64,000 bases of DNA from positions 4,826-68,825 of the forward strand of contig CAZIAK010000013.1 of NCBI GenBank assembly GCA_964537035.1, in the 5' to 3' direction. The stretch comes from an uncultured Phycisphaerales bacterium (GTDB taxonomy: Bacteria; Planctomycetota; B15-G4). The notes under the pieces are model-generated. The model did no database searches and was not told the DNA's origin. It was given only the letters and a program-made list of their open reading frames with translations. How positions within the stretch are numbered: position 1 is the stretch's first letter; every line of letters starts with the position of its first letter. This document shows, one piece after another, positions 62,897 through 64,000 of this stretch. Both the position numbers and the translations under genes were made by a program.

Positions 62897-64000
62897 TCAG
62901 CTGATGGGCAGGGCTTGGCCGGCCCGGATCAGTACGTCCTCTTCGACCCACAATCCCCACAGCGCCCAGAACCCGGCCAGCGCGGCGGTGGCACCACCGT
63001 CGCCCACCAGGAGCAGCAACAGGGGGATGCCCACGCCTACGAGCACGCCGAACAACCAATGCCTCCGGGCAAAGGGGCCGGAGGTCACCAGCCGGGCCAC
63101 CCGGTGGTACTCGGGCTCGCGGCCCAGGGGTGCCAGGCGAGTCTCGAGCAAGGTCATGCCCAGATGCGCGAGCAGGGCGCCGGCCAGCAGCACCGGCGGG
63201 GACAACCACTCATGGTTGCCCAACGGTCCGGCGATGCCCTCGATCAGGACCAGCGCGGCGGATCCGGCCAGCAAGGCCTGAAACAACAGGTGCCAGGCAA
63301 AGCCCCGCTTCATCCACAGCACCCGGCCCTTGGCTTGACCGAACAGCCAGGCCGTGTAGATCGCCGACATGACCGCCAGGGCGCAGGTGATGCCCAGGAC
63401 CAAGGTCGCCAGAGGCATGGACCCACCGAACACGCCCACCCCCAACCAGGCCGTGAGCAGCCCTGCATACGCCGTGAGAATGAACGAGCCCACCGCCAGC
63501 CACGACTTGAAGTTCGGCCGCAGCAGCATGGACAGGAAGCGCTCGGGACGCTTGAGGTCAGTGACCAGCAGAGCCAGGGTCAGGGACAGGAACACCAGGG
63601 ACAACAGGGGCACTCCCACGGCAACCATGGCCCCGGCGTCTTCGGCCAACAGGGCCCCAGCGCCGGCGAGAAACACGCCTGCCGCAAGAGACTTGAAGAA
63701 CAGATAGCCGGTGATCTTGCTGCCCCAGAGGGGCTGGCGGTCCACGGAGTAGGTGGTGCGAGCACCGGCCTTCGCCTCGGCCGCGTCGAACAGCTCTGCG
63801 TCGAGCCCGGGGCCTGCCAAACGCTGGGCCCAGAGGTAGCCCCCGGCACCGTTGGTCAGCTCGGGATCGATGCCAGAGAGTGCGGCGTCCCGGTAGAAGA
63901 CGTTGGGTGACGTACCCGCCTCGGCCTTGCGCACAGAGAGGTCGAGGGATGCCGCCATGCCCGAGACCACGCTGTTCGGGTCGTCGAAGTCACCGGGAAT
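62897..64000 (-). CDS. Fused 4Fe-4S (PsrB/NrfC-like C-terminus) and NrfD/PsrC-like membrane subunit; 5' end off the right edge
   Basis: The frame stays open from the window edge: 64000-63971 encodes IPGDFDDPNS, the conserved C-terminal motif of NrfC/PsrB-type FeS subunits. It continues through ..RKAEAGTSPNVFY.. with no stop into about 8 TM helices of NrfD type. Confidence 0.8.
   Translation of the reverse strand: MPGDFDDPNSVVSGMAASLDLSVRKAEAGTSPNVFYRDAALSGIDPELTNGAGGYLWAQRLAGPGLDAELFDAAEAKAGARTTYSVDRQPLWGSKITGYLFFKSLAAGVFLAGAGALLAEDAGAMVAVGVPLLSLVFLSLTLALLVTDLKRPERFLSMLLRPNFKSWLAVGSFILTAYAGLLTAWLGVGVFGGSMPLATLVLGITCALAVMSAIYTAWLFGQAKGRVLWMKRGFAWHLLFQALLAGSAALVLIEGIAGPLGNHEWLSPPVLLAGALLAHLGMTLLETRLAPLGREPEYHRVARLVTSGPFARRHWLFGVLVGVGIPLLLLLVGDGGATAALAGFWALWGLWVEEDVLIRAGQALPIS

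Noticed and set aside
1-64000. Mobile elements, prophage, defence systems (RM, CBASS, retrons, toxin-antitoxin), CRISPR, tRNA and rRNA
   Set aside because: I found no transposase, integrase, phage structural, methyltransferase or cas-like translation, and no tRNA-like cloverleaf in the short intergenic regions. This is a negative result by eye only; tRNAscan, Infernal and DefenseFinder runs would be needed to confirm it.

Overview
Very GC-rich, gene-dense bacterial chromosomal window. I call about 42 protein-coding genes, two thirds of them on the minus strand. I recognised no rRNA, tRNA, CRISPR array, transposase, integrase or phage genes. Because of the GC content, almost every real gene has long spurious ORFs in other frames and on the opposite strand. 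Calls therefore rest on catalytic or family motifs, signal peptides and lipoboxes, Shine-Dalgarno sequences (GGAG/GAGG) and operon geometry. Many ORF-track starts were trimmed to internal starts.

Content, left to right:
- Partial Wzx-like flippase, a GspG-like pseudopilin, and housekeeping genes (YyaL-like thioredoxin-domain protein, cysQ, rsfS, hppA).
- A five-gene operon with 4-nt start/stop overlaps at every junction: ABC ATPase, permease-like protein, periplasmic protein, GT39/ArnT-like transferase, Wzy_C/O-antigen-ligase-TPR protein.
- A divergent FHA protein plus a Ser/Thr kinase fused to an FGE-sulfatase domain.
- A second glycan operon: Wzx, GT4, beta-propeller+PHP hydrolase lipoprotein, GT4, GT4.
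- MocA-like transferase, ArsC/LMW-PTP-like protein, AsmA-like protein, RimK-like ATP-grasp, metallophosphoesterase, an atypical RNase HII/HIII-like protein, amidohydrolase, sppA.
- An island of secreted proteins: EEP nuclease/phosphatase, a 1648-aa glycine-rich lipoprotein, and a 774-aa secreted protein.
- hrpB, small lipoproteins, a GNAT, an M14 carboxypeptidase, and a YdjG-like/YdjI-like (zinc-ribbon/SPFH) pair.
- Two tandem FG-GAP surface proteins.
- A PsrABC/TtrABC-like molybdoenzyme with a fused FeS-NrfD subunit and no Tat signal.

Most interesting observations:
1. An 88-89 aa extreme C-terminal module (about 115 aa with its N-terminal extension) is shared by three otherwise unrelated secreted proteins. 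It is a candidate sorting or anchoring tag.
2. The giant poly-Gly-tethered lipoprotein.
3. Three long GC-rich rod-like palindromes lie in the intergenic regions either side of the FG-GAP gene pair, and a 28-bp motif is repeated upstream of both FG-GAP genes.
4. An RNase H-like protein with apparently substituted catalytic residues and a long C-terminal extension.
5. The tightly coupled glycosylation operons next to FHA/STPK signalling.

All family assignments come from motif recognition by eye. No database search was possible, so every novelty claim needs an HMM or BLAST check.
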